Positions 9,471 through 20,024 of a stretch of DNA of 64,000 nt are shown in pieces. Made by a program: the position numbers and the translations under genes. The notes under the pieces are model-generated. The model was given only the letters and a program-made list of their open reading frames with translations, ran no database searches and was not told where the DNA came from. Numbering within the stretch: the first letter of the stretch is position 1; every line of letters starts with the position of its first letter. Source of the DNA: an uncultured Candidatus Saccharibacteria bacterium (lineage in GTDB: Bacteria; Patescibacteriota; Dojkabacteria; CAZCSM01); NCBI GenBank assembly GCA_964501355.1, contig CAZCSM010000006.1:2347-66346 (forward strand), given 5' to 3'.

Positions 9471-10634
9471 ATGAAGATTAAAAAAATATCGCCTACATTT
9501 TTAACTTTTCTTGCGGGTTCTGCGACAACGTTTCTCTTAATTATTTCAATCTTCGGATCAAGTGTCTTTATCTTATCTCGAGGAGATAATTGGAATAAGT
9601 TTCTAGAACTGTTAAATTTACATGATAGTGTTACTGGTTCATTATCACAAACTCAAACTATATTAAATGAGGAATCCTCTATAATAGATGTCGTTTCAAA
9701 CGCAAGTTCAGCCGTCGTTAGCATTGCGGTTGAGCAGGTTGAATTCAGTCCTGTTTTGGGGCCACAGAATTCAGAGGATAATATTGGAACAGGATTTATA
9801 GTTACAGCTGAGGGTTTGATTGTAACCAATCAACATGTTGTTTCAGATCAAAAAGCTACTTACTCTGTAACGACTCAAGACAAAAAGACCTATGATGTTA
9901 CGAACATTTATCGTGATGAGGTCAATGATATTGCTTTAGTTAAGATTGATACTGCAGGAGATGAACTTCCATTTGTTGAGCTTGGAGATTCTGATGCGTT
10001 GAAAGTTGGTCAAATGGTTGTTGCAATCGGAACCCCTCTTGGAGATTATCCGGGTTCTGTAACAACAGGAATTGTAAGCGGTCTTGAAAGAACTGTTGAA
10101 ATCGGGTCCGGCTTCTGGTCGTCGTCAAAGGAATATGAAGGAGTAATTCAGACTGATGCTGCAATCAATCCTGGGAATTCCGGCGGTCCATTACTGAACT
10201 CAGCTGGTCAAGCAGTCGGAATCAATTTCGCAACGACATCCGGCGCAGATAATATTTCTTTTGCGATTCCAATTAACATTCTGAAGCAGAGGCTGGATGA
10301 CTTTGAAGCTCGTGGTGGTAAATTTGTCAAACCTTATTTAGGTGTTTCATATCAGCTTGTTGACGAATATGATGCTCTTCGTTTTCGTGTTCCGACGGGG
10401 GCTTTCATCGAAGATCTTGAAGAAGATGGTCCTGCTGAAAAGGGTGGAATTAGAGCTGGTGATATTGTTGTCGAGATGAATGGGAAAGATGTTTCAGGTG
10501 GATTACAAAATGTGATAATGACTTTTAATCCAGGAGAATCTGTTGAAATAAAGGTTTGGAGAAAAACAGGTGAAGACTACAGCGAAGGTGAATATATCGA
10601 TTTGAATGTCGAACTGGGTGAGGTAGAAGGCTAG
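9471..10634 (+). CDS. htrA: HtrA/DegP-family trypsin-like serine protease with C-terminal PDZ
   Basis: TM anchor, catalytic motifs TNQHVV, DIALVKI and GNSGGPLLN, and a C-terminal PDZ (GDIVVEMNG). Confidence 0.8.
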   Translation: MKIKKISPTFLTFLAGSATTFLLIISIFGSSVFILSRGDNWNKFLELLNLHDSVTGSLSQTQTILNEESSIIDVVSNASSAVVSIAVEQVEFSPVLGPQNSEDNIGTGFIVTAEGLIVTNQHVVSDQKATYSVTTQDKKTYDVTNIYRDEVNDIALVKIDTAGDELPFVELGDSDALKVGQMVVAIGTPLGDYPGSVTTGIVSGLERTVEIGSGFWSSSKEYEGVIQTDAAINPGNSGGPLLNSAGQAVGINFATTSGADNISFAIPINILKQRLDDFEARGGKFVKPYLGVSYQLVDEYDALRFRVPTGAFIEDLEEDGPAEKGGIRAGDIVVEMNGKDVSGGLQNVIMTFNPGESVEIKVWRKTGEDYSEGEYIDLNVELGEVEG

Positions 10635-11548
10635 TTGTTTTCAATTCTTATGAATCTATCAAAATTGGCGTAATCTTTGATTACGTCAATTTTACTTTTA
10701 GGAAAGTACTTTTTCGCTATCTCAGCAACAGATTCTCCTTGATCATGATTAATCTCAAGCAGGATTAACGACCTCTCTTTCATCTTATTTAATGCTTGTT
10801 TCAGAAGCCTTTCAATCAGTTCATAACCATTATTCCCACCGACAAGTGCTTGTTTTGGTTCAAATTTAACAACATTTTTTTCGAGAGTCAAATATTCCCT
10901 TTGTGGAATGTAGGGGAGATTTGATACCAATAGATCAATCTTAGTATCTATTTTTTCAAGTAGATGGCTTTCAACAAATTCAATCTTTATTTCCCTTTTC
11001 GGAAAATTAGATTCGTAATTCTGTTTTGCTATTTTCAATGCCTCTTTTGAAATATCCGTAGCAAGAAGTTGTCTATTACCCTCAGCTTCTTGTTTTTGCA
11101 ACTCCTTTGCAATTGTAATGATAATACATCCGCTTCCCGTCCCAACATCTACAATTGAATTTACTTGGTTTTTTTGAATATATTTTAGTGCTTCTTCAAC
11201 CAACAATTCAGTTTCTGGCCGAGGTATTAGAACATAGTTGTTTACAATAAAGTTGTAATCATAAAAAGTTTTATTTCCGATAATGTATGCAATCGGCTCC
11301 TGTTTACTTCTTCTGTCAATGAGTTTCTCAAATTCGTTCACATCTCGCTCCGATAATTGGTAATCAGGATTTGCAGAAATAAAGACTCTATCTTTTCCAA
11401 TTATATGTGAGAGTAAGATTTCAAGATCCAATAATGGAGTGGGGGACCAATCAACTTTTGGGAGAGATTGTTTAATTGCGTTACTTATTGTTGTCATCAA
11501 GTCTTTGCTTTCGAGCTTTTTCCTTGGCAACTTGTTTAAGTTCCTCAA
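10631..11548 (-). CDS. prmC: Release-factor glutamine N5-methyltransferase PrmC/HemK
   Basis: SAM motif [10 protein letters not shown] and substrate motif NLPYIP (an NPPY variant). It overlaps the prfA end, the classic prfA-prmC arrangement. Confidence 0.8.
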   Translation of the reverse strand: MRNLNKLPRKKLESKDLMTTISNAIKQSLPKVDWSPTPLLDLEILLSHIIGKDRVFISANPDYQLSERDVNEFEKLIDRRSKQEPIAYIIGNKTFYDYNFIVNNYVLIPRPETELLVEEALKYIQKNQVNSIVDVGTGSGCIIITIAKELQKQEAEGNRQLLATDISKEALKIAKQNYESNFPKREIKIEFVESHLLEKIDTKIDLLVSNLPYIPQREYLTLEKNVVKFEPKQALVGGNNGYELIERLLKQALNKMKERSLILLEINHDQGESVAEIAKKYFPKSKIDVIKDYANFDRFIRIENN

Positions 11549-12578
11549 TAATCGGTTCTATTTCGCCTTCCATTATCTTTGGTAAGTTGTGCCAACTGAC
11601 TTTAATCCTATGATCAGTAACCCGATCTTGTGGGTAATTGTATGTTCGAATTTTCTCTGATCTATCACCTGTTCCAATTTGTGCACGTCTTGCATCTCCG
11701 CGTTCTTTGAACAATTTCTCCTGTTCGAGTTCGTATAGTCGGCTTTGCAGAACCTTCATTGCAGCAATCTTGTTTTTAAGTTGGGATTTTCGATCCTGAC
11801 AACTTACGACAAGTCCTGTTGGTAAGTGAGTGATTCGAACGGCAGAGTCTGTTGTGTTAACGCACTGTCCACCGGCACCGGTTGCTCTGTACACATCGAT
11901 TTTTAAATCCGAAGGATTAATTTCGACTTCAACATCTTCCTGTTCAGCAAGAACCGCGACCGTTGCTGTCGAAGTGTGAATTCTTCCAGCACTTTCCGTT
12001 GAAGGGACTCTTTGTACTCTATGTACACCGCTCTCGTACTTCAATGCTCCGTATGCACCATCGCCTTCTATCATCATTGAAACTTCCTTAAAACCTCCAG
12101 TTTCAGTCTTATTCGAATTCAAAAGCTCAACTGTCCAGTTTTGCATTTCTGCATATTTTGTAAACATTCTGAATAAATCTGCAGCAAATAATGCGGCTTC
12201 TTCACCACCGGTTCCCGCACGAATTTCCATGATAGCATTGTTGTCCTCATTCGGATCTTTTTCCTCAGTCAAATCTTCAATCTTTTTCTCAGCGAGTTTT
12301 AAATTTGCTTGTAGCTCTGCAGATTCTTCCTGTGCAAGAAGACGCATTTCCTCATCATCAGTTTCTGATAACAATAACTGAGAGTTCTCAAGATCTTTTG
12401 TGTATTTTTGGTAAAGATTACAAGCATCTATTATCTCCTGGTTTTTGGAAACCTCTTTGCTTAGTTTTTTTATAAGCTTCGGATTCGAAAGAACTTCTTG
12501 TGAAGCTAGTTGCTCATTCAATTTTCTGTTTTTTTCAATGTACTCTTGTACGTCGATATCCATATGATTATCTCTCAA
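11481..12578 (-). CDS. prfA: Peptide chain release factor 1
   Basis: GGQ motif in [25 protein letters not shown] and the RF1-type PxT region. Confidence 0.9.
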   Translation of the reverse strand: MRDNHMDIDVQEYIEKNRKLNEQLASQEVLSNPKLIKKLSKEVSKNQEIIDACNLYQKYTKDLENSQLLLSETDDEEMRLLAQEESAELQANLKLAEKKIEDLTEEKDPNEDNNAIMEIRAGTGGEEAALFAADLFRMFTKYAEMQNWTVELLNSNKTETGGFKEVSMMIEGDGAYGALKYESGVHRVQRVPSTESAGRIHTSTATVAVLAEQEDVEVEINPSDLKIDVYRATGAGGQCVNTTDSAVRITHLPTGLVVSCQDRKSQLKNKIAAMKVLQSRLYELEQEKLFKERGDARRAQIGTGDRSEKIRTYNYPQDRVTDHRIKVSWHNLPKIMEGEIEPIIEELKQVAKEKARKQRLDDNNK

Positions 12579-12594
12579 TATTCTTCATTATAAC

Positions 12595-12630
12595 AAAAAG
12601 CTCACATAATAAATATGTGAGCCTTGAAAA
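12595..12630 (-). terminator. Rho-independent terminator downstream of rpmE (minus strand)
   Basis: Perfect 9-bp stem gctcacata/tatgtgagc with a T-run on the minus strand. Confidence 0.5.
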
Positions 12631-12644
12631 TCGTAAAAGTGAAA

Positions 12645-12968
12645 CTAAGACATTTGTGCAAGCATATCTTTTAGTGTAACTTCCTTCTGTCCGTTACTGG
12701 AAGAAATTGCACTTTTTTGAGATCTCTTTGCTGCTCTTTTATCTCGTCTATTAACAACGGTTTCTTTTGCACCTTTCTTTCTCTCTTCAAATTTCTTTAC
12801 TAGAGATGCGGTGTCAACAATTCTAAGTTTTCCTGTATAAAAGGGATGACATTTTGAACAGATTTCAACTTTGATTTCGTCTTTGATTGAACCAGTTGTA
12901 AAAGTGTTTCCACAAACGCAAGTTACCTTGGCATCGGTGTTAAATTTTGGATGGATATTTGCTTTCAT
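12645..12968 (-). CDS. rpmE: 50S ribosomal protein L31 with a Lys-rich C-terminal extension
   Basis: MKANIHPKF start, followed by the zinc-ribbon CxxC...CxxC and HPFYTGK. Confidence 0.85.
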   Translation of the reverse strand: MKANIHPKFNTDAKVTCVCGNTFTTGSIKDEIKVEICSKCHPFYTGKLRIVDTASLVKKFEERKKGAKETVVNRRDKRAAKRSQKSAISSSNGQKEVTLKDMLAQMS

Positions 12969-13089
12969 AATTCTATAATAAAACCTTAAGTGCTCAATTG
13001 CAAATGGAGTATAGCATATACATTATTAACATACAAGAAGTTAAAACCTACGAATTGCTCTTTTCATTAAATCATTAAATTATAAAAAA

Positions 13090-13119
13090 TTGACATCACT
13101 ATATTACCAAATGTACAAT
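13090..13119 (+). promoter_or_regulatory. Candidate sigma-70 promoter (TTGACA, 18 bp spacer, TACAAT) with an imperfect inverted repeat upstream of the csoR-like gene
   Basis: Consensus -35 and near-consensus -10 hexamers read directly, about 35 bp upstream of the start codon. ACCAaATGTA...TACATgGT pseudo-palindrome and GGTAGGGTAT overlap it. Confidence 0.35.
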
Positions 13120-13151
13120 ACATGGTAGGGTATATTTAAGACAAACAAATC

Positions 13152-13376
13152 ATGACAAACGCTGCCCAGAAACAGATCGTTAACCGCCTCCATCGGATTG
13201 AGGGCCAAGTGAGGGGTATAGAAAAAATGTTAGATGGTGATGAACAGGTAGAGAATGTACTGATGCAACTTGATGCAATAAAAGCAGGTGTTGATTCTCT
13301 GAAGCGTAACTACGTAAAAGAACACGTAAGGTCAACTCTATATGAGGAATTTGAATCGATATTAAAACTTATTTAG
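13152..13376 (+). CDS. CsoR/RcnR/FrmR-family metal-sensing transcriptional repressor
   Basis: 74 aa. The central segment resembles the DUF156 fold (four-helix-bundle repressor). Confidence 0.7.
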   Translation: MTNAAQKQIVNRLHRIEGQVRGIEKMLDGDEQVENVLMQLDAIKAGVDSLKRNYVKEHVRSTLYEEFESILKLI

Positions 13377-13392
13377 AACAAGGATTCGAACA

Positions 13393-14067
13393 ATGAAAGA
13401 AATAATTCCAGAGAAGAAAGCTCGAAAAGCAACTGAGCAGAAAGTTTCTCCTAAAATTAATGTTTCAAAAAAGAAACTTGAGAAGCTCAAACGAATATTA
13501 CCTATTTTAGGATTAATAATCGGTTTGTTTCTCATCATTTATCCGTTTCTACCGGGAATAATCTTCTTTTTTCAGGGTACCAAAGACAAGCCTTTGGAAT
13601 TACCATACAAATCGGTAATCGCAGAGAAGGTTGGTTCCGGGGATGATTTCTTGGAAGTTGATAAACCAATTCCTCTTGATAATACATTGGTTATACCGAA
13701 AATTGGAGTTGATGTTCAAATTGTTGAGGGAAGCACAGAAGATGCCTTACTTCGTGGTGCTTGGCATAGACCCGGAACGGGTAATCCTGTATCTGGTGGG
13801 AACTATGTTGTTACTGGGCATCGTTTCAGATACGTACCTCCAAACAATACAACCTTCTATAGTCTAGATAAACTTGAGGCTGGCGATTTGATAATTGTTT
13901 ATTATGAGGGACAAGAATTCGATTATAAAGTTGAGGAAATACTTATAGTCGAGCCGGAGGATTTGCAAGTTGAAGATGATTTAGGGTATGATGTTCTTAC
14001 CCTATACACCTGCACACCTCTTTGGACTAGTTCCAAGCGACTTGTGATTCGTGCACTGCCAATATAG
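13393..14067 (+). CDS. Sortase-family transpeptidase
   Basis: N-terminal TM anchor, a conserved His in VVTGHRF, and the catalytic-Cys motif TLYTCTP (TLxTC). Confidence 0.7.
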   Translation: MKEIIPEKKARKATEQKVSPKINVSKKKLEKLKRILPILGLIIGLFLIIYPFLPGIIFFFQGTKDKPLELPYKSVIAEKVGSGDDFLEVDKPIPLDNTLVIPKIGVDVQIVEGSTEDALLRGAWHRPGTGNPVSGGNYVVTGHRFRYVPPNNTTFYSLDKLEAGDLIIVYYEGQEFDYKVEEILIVEPEDLQVEDDLGYDVLTLYTCTPLWTSSKRLVIRALPI

Positions 14068-14094
14068 TTTTTATTATTTTTTCTATTCGTTACT

Positions 14095-14760
14095 ATGAAT
14101 ATTACATATTTGGGTCATTTATCCGTGGCAATCAAATCTAAAAATGCTTCGGTCGTTTTTAATCCATTTGATAAATCTGCAATCGGGTTTAATTGTAAAA
14201 AAACAGAATCAGACATAGTTTTGTCATCGGATGATTCTCCTGCATGTATGGATTATTCAAAGGTGTCCGAAAATAGTTACATTGTCAATGGTCCCGGGGA
14301 ATATGAGGTAAAGGGCGTTATGATTCTTGGTTTTCCAATGATGGAAAAAGAATCCGCAGAATCAGAAAAAATGGTAAATAGAAATACAATTTATCGACTT
14401 GAAATCGCTGGCGTTAATGTGTGTCATCTTGGTTCTCTTAAAAGAAAGTTGACAGATGATGAGATTGATGAACTCGGATCTATCGACGTTCTAATTCTAC
14501 CTGTTGGTAATGACAAATTTGTTGATAGTAAGGTTGCAGCCGATGTCGTAAATAAAATAGAGCCTGCTATTGTAATTCCTGTTGCGTATCAAGATCCTGA
14601 ATATTCGAAAGAATACTCAGAACTATCAACATCTGATAAGTTTCTTGAAGCAATGGGGGCATCGAAACCAGAGACTGAATCATATCTGAAAATTAAAAAG
14701 GGAGATATTGATACCGAAGGTGAGGGAACTCGGGTTGTTATTTTAGAACGAAAATCATAA
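14095..14760 (+). CDS. MBL-fold metal-dependent hydrolase (UPF0173-like)
   Basis: N-terminal region is beta-lactamase-fold-like (Lactamase_B_3-like). 221 aa. Confidence 0.45.
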   Translation: MNITYLGHLSVAIKSKNASVVFNPFDKSAIGFNCKKTESDIVLSSDDSPACMDYSKVSENSYIVNGPGEYEVKGVMILGFPMMEKESAESEKMVNRNTIYRLEIAGVNVCHLGSLKRKLTDDEIDELGSIDVLILPVGNDKFVDSKVAADVVNKIEPAIVIPVAYQDPEYSKEYSELSTSDKFLEAMGASKPETESYLKIKKGDIDTEGEGTRVVILERKS

Positions 14761-14769
14761 ATATTCACT

Positions 14770-16092
14770 ATGTCAGCAAAAGTTCCTCCAAATGATTTAG
14801 AGGCAGAGCAGTCGTTAATCGGTTCAATCTTTTTGGATCAAAATAGCATAATTAAGGTTGCTGATATTGTTCATCCGGAACTCTTCTATAATCCTGCGCA
14901 CAGAGAAATTTTTTCGGTTATTGTTGAACTTTTTGAAGAGCGCAAGCCTCTTGATATTGTTACGGTCTCAAATGCCTTAAAGAAAAAAAAGTTATTAGCA
15001 AAAACTGGTGGTTCAGCATACCTTACAAAACTTGTTAACAGTGTTCCAACGGCATCTCATGTTGAGGAATATGCTTCGATTGTAAAAGAAGCTGGTCTTC
15101 GACGAAGGCTAATTGAAACGGCTGCATTGATAAACGAGGAGGCCTTCAATGAAGATGAATCGATTGGTACCGTTCTTGATACGGCGGAAAAATCTCTATT
15201 CGACATCTCTCGAGGCAGTTTGAAGAAGGGCTTCGTTTCTGCAAGGTCTCTGCTCAAGGAAACATATGAAAGGGCTGCTGATGCGGATAAAAGCAAAGAA
15301 CTATTAGGGATTCCAAGTGGTTTTCGTGATTTGGATAAATTGTTAGGTGGTTTCCAACCTTCCGATTTAATTATTCTTGCGGCAAGACCTTCTGTCGGTA
15401 AAACTGCATTGTCACTAGATATTGCTCTAAATGCCGCAGTTCATGCGAAGAAGAAAGTTGGTTATTTCTCTCTTGAAATGTCTGACCAGCAGTTGATGGA
15501 GCGCTTGTTATCAATGCAAGCGAAGGTAAGTTTCTGGGATTTAAGAACGGGGCAGCTTCGTGATGATGCGTTTGAACGACTCGCAGATGCGATGGGACTT
15601 CTTTCAGAAGCCGAGCTCTTTATCGACGATACTCCAGGTCAGCATATCATGGAAATTCGTACTAAAGCTCGTCGTCTCCAGATGGAACATGGTGTTGATT
15701 TCATAGTTATCGATTATATGCAGCTTATTCACGGTAGTAGAACAGAAAATCGCGTTCTAGAAGTTTCTGAGATTTCCATGTCTCTTAAGAATATTGCGAG
15801 GGAACTAAATATCCCTGTTCTTGCATTGTCACAGTTATCTCGTGCTGTAGAAAGCCGTGATGGGAGAAGACCTCAGCTTTCTGATTTGAGAGATTCAGGT
15901 TCAATCGAACAGGATGCTGATGTTGTTATGTTTATTCATCGAGAAGATCGATATAATCCTGATACGGATCGAAAAGGCATTGCAGACGTTTTGGTTGCAA
16001 AGCATAGAAATGGTCCTGTCGGAGATATTGAACTTTCCTTTGTTCAGGAACAAGCGCGTTTCGCCAACTTGGAGAAGAGGCGATCTGAATAG
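14770..16092 (+). CDS. dnaB: Replicative DNA helicase DnaB
   Basis: N-terminal DnaB domain, Walker A ARPSVGKTALSLDIA and SQLSR/RDSGSIEQDAD motifs. 440 aa with no intein. Confidence 0.9.
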   Translation: MSAKVPPNDLEAEQSLIGSIFLDQNSIIKVADIVHPELFYNPAHREIFSVIVELFEERKPLDIVTVSNALKKKKLLAKTGGSAYLTKLVNSVPTASHVEEYASIVKEAGLRRRLIETAALINEEAFNEDESIGTVLDTAEKSLFDISRGSLKKGFVSARSLLKETYERAADADKSKELLGIPSGFRDLDKLLGGFQPSDLIILAARPSVGKTALSLDIALNAAVHAKKKVGYFSLEMSDQQLMERLLSMQAKVSFWDLRTGQLRDDAFERLADAMGLLSEAELFIDDTPGQHIMEIRTKARRLQMEHGVDFIVIDYMQLIHGSRTENRVLEVSEISMSLKNIARELNIPVLALSQLSRAVESRDGRRPQLSDLRDSGSIEQDADVVMFIHREDRYNPDTDRKGIADVLVAKHRNGPVGDIELSFVQEQARFANLEKRRSE

Positions 16093-16140
16093 TTATTGAT
16101 TGCCGGTCTTTTTTAAGGTAAAATACGTGCAATCTCCAAT

Positions 16141-16230
16141 GCCGGAGTGATGGAACTGGTAGACATGCGGGACTCAAAATCCCGTGGGACTTATACTCCC
16201 GTGAGGGTTCGATTCCCTCCTTCGGCACCA
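16141..16230 (+). tRNA. tRNA-Leu (anticodon CAA), class II with long variable arm, CCA encoded
   Basis: GCCGGAG acceptor, anticodon loop ACTCAAAAT, long extra arm GTGGGACTTATACTCCCGTG, T-arm GGTTCGATTCC and a CCA 3-prime end. Confidence 0.85.
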
Positions 16231-16340
16231 AAAATCTCAAATAGAAATCTCCAGATGAATTGCTACTTTTATTTAGTTTTGGATTGGCTTTTACCGCTAT
16301 TTATTGGTAAAATCCCAGTATTGATATTTTATTTTATGTT

Positions 16341-16916
16341 TTGATAATCATCATGGCAGTATTATCTAATACAGAATTGCGAAACGGTGTGGTTTATACG
16401 GAAGGTGGAGAAACCTTTATTGTTTTAAAATATGAGCACAATAAACAGGGAAGGGGAAGTGCAACTGTAAAGGTAAAAGTAAAAAATATTAAAACAGGAG
16501 CAATTACTATTAAGTCATATAAAGGTGGAGATAAAGTAGAGTCTGCTGATGTTACCGCTGAGAATGCACAGTACCTATATGATGACGGAACGGATGCTTA
16601 TTTCATGAATGAGGAAACATTCGATCAGTATACTATTCCTCTTGATATGATTGAAGAGGAATCAGGTTTTCTGAAAGAAGGTCAAAAGGTCTTCGTAAAG
16701 AAATTAGAAGATGAACCAATTTCATTAGAGCTGCCGAAGAAGATTGAACTTGTTGTAGAGTATACCGAGCCAGCAGTGGCTGGAAATACTTCAAGTGGTG
16801 CAATGAAAGTTGCTAAGTTGGAAACAGGCAAGGAGATTAATGTTCCTTTGTTCGTTTCTATTGGAGATACAATCATTGTAAATACTGAAACAAAAGAATA
16901 TGTTGGTAGAAAATAA
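16341..16916 (+). CDS. efp: Elongation factor P
   Basis: KOW-like N-terminal domain with the KxGKG loop region (KQGRGSATVKVKVKNIKTG) followed by two OB domains. About 190 aa. Confidence 0.85.
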   Translation: MIIIMAVLSNTELRNGVVYTEGGETFIVLKYEHNKQGRGSATVKVKVKNIKTGAITIKSYKGGDKVESADVTAENAQYLYDDGTDAYFMNEETFDQYTIPLDMIEEESGFLKEGQKVFVKKLEDEPISLELPKKIELVVEYTEPAVAGNTSSGAMKVAKLETGKEINVPLFVSIGDTIIVNTETKEYVGRK

Positions 16917-17509
16917 TGAATTTGTTAATAGATCTAATAGAGTTTAATATGGAAATCCCTTATCTGCTCGTTTTCGCAATACTTGCTATGGGTGTCGTTT
17001 TCCTATGGATATCTCTTGTGATTTGGGTTTGGTTTGATTCAAATAAATATTTCCAATCATTTGTCTTTCGATTCTTTTTCGCATTTACAACCTTGGTTTT
17101 TGGATTCATCGGTCTGATTGTTTACCTTTTGTTTCGGTATAGCAGATTGGAGAACAATGGAGCTATTCAAGGTGAATCTGAACTAGAGAGTCTCGGAATT
17201 CACCTTTGTTCAAGATGCAACGCCGCCAATTCTATTGAAAATCATTTCTGTCGCAAATGTGGTTTTCGTTTACAAAAAAAATGTAAGGGTTGTAATAGCT
17301 ATGTCGGCGTCGAGGATTCATTCTGTTTTGAATGTGGTGCTGCACTAAAAAAGGAAGTTTATAGTCCAGTCCAAAAAAATAAGGTAGAAAATTTTGCACA
17401 ATTAGGATATATTAGAGATGTGTTTTCTAAGACTTTTGCATCTTTGATCTCTTTCTTCAAAGCGAAGAAAAGCAAGAACCACAAGAACAAAAAAGCACAA
17501 AACTCGTAG
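16916..17509 (+). CDS. Membrane protein with a cytoplasmic double zinc-ribbon
   Basis: Two TM helices, then CSRCN..CRKCG and CKGCN..CFECG. Confidence 0.4.
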   Translation: MNLLIDLIEFNMEIPYLLVFAILAMGVVFLWISLVIWVWFDSNKYFQSFVFRFFFAFTTLVFGFIGLIVYLLFRYSRLENNGAIQGESELESLGIHLCSRCNAANSIENHFCRKCGFRLQKKCKGCNSYVGVEDSFCFECGAALKKEVYSPVQKNKVENFAQLGYIRDVFSKTFASLISFFKAKKSKNHKNKKAQNS

Positions 17510-17530
17510 ATATTCTTTATTGTGTGAAGT

Positions 17531-18817
17531 ATGAAAATTATTGAAAGATCCCTTAAGGGTGGTACTAAGCTTATCCTCGTTGATTTACCCGATTCGACTT
17601 CTATTACTGCTGCAATATTTGTGAAGGTAGGTTCTAGAATTGAGTCAAATTCTGAATCTGGAATCTCACATTTAATTGAGCATTGTATCTTCAAAGGCAG
17701 CAGAAAATTCCCGACACCGCAAATAATCTCCTTTAGTCTAGAAGGTTTAGGTGCGAGCATTGATGCCGGTACAAGTAAGGAATACACATATTATATGGTA
17801 AAGTCTGTTCGGGAGAATTTCCCCGCAGTTTTAGATATATTGTTGGATATTTACACAAATCCTTTGATGGAAGAGGATTCAGTTCAAAGAGAGAAGGGGG
17901 TTGTTCTTGAAGAAATTCGTATGTATCGAGATGATCCAACGGATGAAGTTTCGAAATTATTTACCCAAACTCTTTGGAAGAACCAGAGCTTAGGAAGAGA
18001 AATTTCCGGGAATATCACTACAGTAAAGTCATTGGGAGCGAAGGATTTGATGGAATTTATCCGCAAGAACTATACTCGCAAGAATACTCAAATTGTAATT
18101 TCCGGGAACTTAGATAATCTGGAAAATGTCTCTAGATCAATCGCCCAAAAACTTTCCGATTTGTCAGAAGAGCCAATTGGGTCTTTTACCGCCGCTGAAG
18201 AATCTCTTCTCCAAGATACGGTGGTTTATAAAAAGGATAAAGTAGAACAAACGCATTTGATTCTGGGAACGTACGGTGTTGGGTTAAATAATCCTGGCAA
18301 ATTTGCTGCTGCTGTTGGCAACACAATTTTAGGGCAGGGGATGGGATCGAAACTTTATCGGTCGATTCGTCATGAGCATGGTCTCGCATATTATATTAAC
18401 TCCGGAAATTTAAGCTATACGGATTCCGGTGCTTTATACATTCGAGCCGGAGTAGATCAAAAACGAATTTATCGGGCATTAGAGTCTATTGTACTTGAGA
18501 TAAATAGCATGATGTCGGGAGATTTCTCTGATGAAGAACTTCATCGTGCAAAACAAATGCTGAAGAGTGCTTTAACATTGGAATTAGATGGAAGTGATAG
18601 CATGGGACTCTATGTCGGTATTCAAAACTTGCTAGTCAAGGAGCCAATGAATATTGATGAAGTAAAAGCTGCGGTTGATGCTGTGAATAAATCAGACATT
18701 GTTCAGATCTTTCGATCAATTTTTTCTAAACCAATGTTACTCTCAATAATCTCCTCGAAGGATATTGAAGAGACAAAATTGCGAGATATTTTATCTCAAA
18801 TTGGTGATAATCAGTAA
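17531..18817 (+). CDS. M16-family (pitrilysin/insulinase-like) zinc peptidase
   Basis: Inverted zinc motif HLIEH (HxxEH) and a downstream Glu-rich region. 428 aa. Confidence 0.75.
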   Translation: MKIIERSLKGGTKLILVDLPDSTSITAAIFVKVGSRIESNSESGISHLIEHCIFKGSRKFPTPQIISFSLEGLGASIDAGTSKEYTYYMVKSVRENFPAVLDILLDIYTNPLMEEDSVQREKGVVLEEIRMYRDDPTDEVSKLFTQTLWKNQSLGREISGNITTVKSLGAKDLMEFIRKNYTRKNTQIVISGNLDNLENVSRSIAQKLSDLSEEPIGSFTAAEESLLQDTVVYKKDKVEQTHLILGTYGVGLNNPGKFAAAVGNTILGQGMGSKLYRSIRHEHGLAYYINSGNLSYTDSGALYIRAGVDQKRIYRALESIVLEINSMMSGDFSDEELHRAKQMLKSALTLELDGSDSMGLYVGIQNLLVKEPMNIDEVKAAVDAVNKSDIVQIFRSIFSKPMLLSIISSKDIEETKLRDILSQIGDNQ

Positions 18818-19692
18818 TGTCGGTTTTGACTTTTCTACAAGAAAATTCTTTTTTTTGGTTGCTATCTTCTTGGGCGATTATCTCATATTTGCTTTGGGAT
18901 ACTTACCGAAGGAACTTTGCTGGAAAGAACAGTTTCGATATTACGATAATCGGTTCTTTGTTAATCCTCTTTCTCCACAGAATATCTCACATTTTCGTTT
19001 TTGCGAAAGAATACCGGTCGAATTATTGGTCGTGGAATCCTATTGCTTGGGTAAATGGTGAAAAAATGTTCTTCGGCTCAAAGCCTTGGGTTATCTTTTC
19101 TTTCTGGTACAAAGGTTTCGACTTTAGGATCTTGCTCATCTGTGGTCTTTTGATTATATTCATTATTTCCAAACTCCAACAGATTTCTTTTTGGAAAATA
19201 ATAAATAGCTTGGCCAATACATTTTTCATATATTCTCCCGTTTTTTTTGTCTTATCATATTTCCAAAATTTAATTATTGGTTACAATACCGACAAGTTTT
19301 ATGGAGTTCCTTTTTGGGGTACGGAAGGTATGCGACATCCTGTACAAATTTACCTGTTAATAATTTGGTTCACCGTCCTACTTATATGGATATGGCTGAA
19401 TAGAAAATACAAATTGCTTGAAAATGTTGGCGGCTTAATACAGTTGGCAATCCTTCTCGTATGTTCATCATTTGTTCTTCAGTTCTTTGCTTATAATATT
19501 TCGCCTTTTGTGATAGATTGGTTAAGAATAGTGTCTGCACTTTCTGTTTTATTCGGAATTATTAGCATCTTTTTTGAAAGAGCTAACATTAAAGAGGATG
19601 CTCCTAAAGCACCAAATACAATAAATAGATTTACACCATTCAATAGTTCTAATTTAAATAAAAATCAAAACCGATGGACAAAGAAAAGATAA
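18817..19692 (+). CDS. lgt: Polytopic membrane protein, probable prolipoprotein diacylglyceryl transferase
   Basis: Multi-TM protein with GTEGMRHPVQIYLL, which resembles the Lgt signature G.RHP.QLYE. lspA lies downstream. Confidence 0.5.
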   Translation: MSVLTFLQENSFFWLLSSWAIISYLLWDTYRRNFAGKNSFDITIIGSLLILFLHRISHIFVFAKEYRSNYWSWNPIAWVNGEKMFFGSKPWVIFSFWYKGFDFRILLICGLLIIFIISKLQQISFWKIINSLANTFFIYSPVFFVLSYFQNLIIGYNTDKFYGVPFWGTEGMRHPVQIYLLIIWFTVLLIWIWLNRKYKLLENVGGLIQLAILLVCSSFVLQFFAYNISPFVIDWLRIVSALSVLFGIISIFFERANIKEDAPKAPNTINRFTPFNSSNLNKNQNRWTKKR

Positions 19693-20024
19693 TGAAAATT
19701 CTCATCACTAAGAAGTCTGAATTAGAATCGCTTATCAACAGGGTTTCTTCTGAAGAGATGGTTGAGTCGGATAGTTGGAAAATGGTGAATGAAATCGGTG
19801 ACGAGGCAATGGAAGGGCAGGAGCTACTTTCAAAACAAGAGAAATTGGATAATCTGCAAAATATGTTGCGACGAACAGAACAGGCTATGGAAGATTTGAA
19901 TAGCGGTCGATATGGTATTTGTAACCGATGTGAGGAAGAAATCGATGAGGATCGATTAACTGCTCATCCGCATGCACAGTATTGTTTTAAGTGTCAAAGT
20001 CTTGTTGACGATCAAGAGGAATAA
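19674..20024 (+). CDS. DksA/TraR-family C4 zinc-finger protein
   Basis: C-terminal CNRCEEEI...CFKCQ zinc finger after a coiled-coil. Confidence 0.7.
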   Translation: MDKEKIMKILITKKSELESLINRVSSEEMVESDSWKMVNEIGDEAMEGQELLSKQEKLDNLQNMLRRTEQAMEDLNSGRYGICNRCEEEIDEDRLTAHPHAQYCFKCQSLVDDQEE

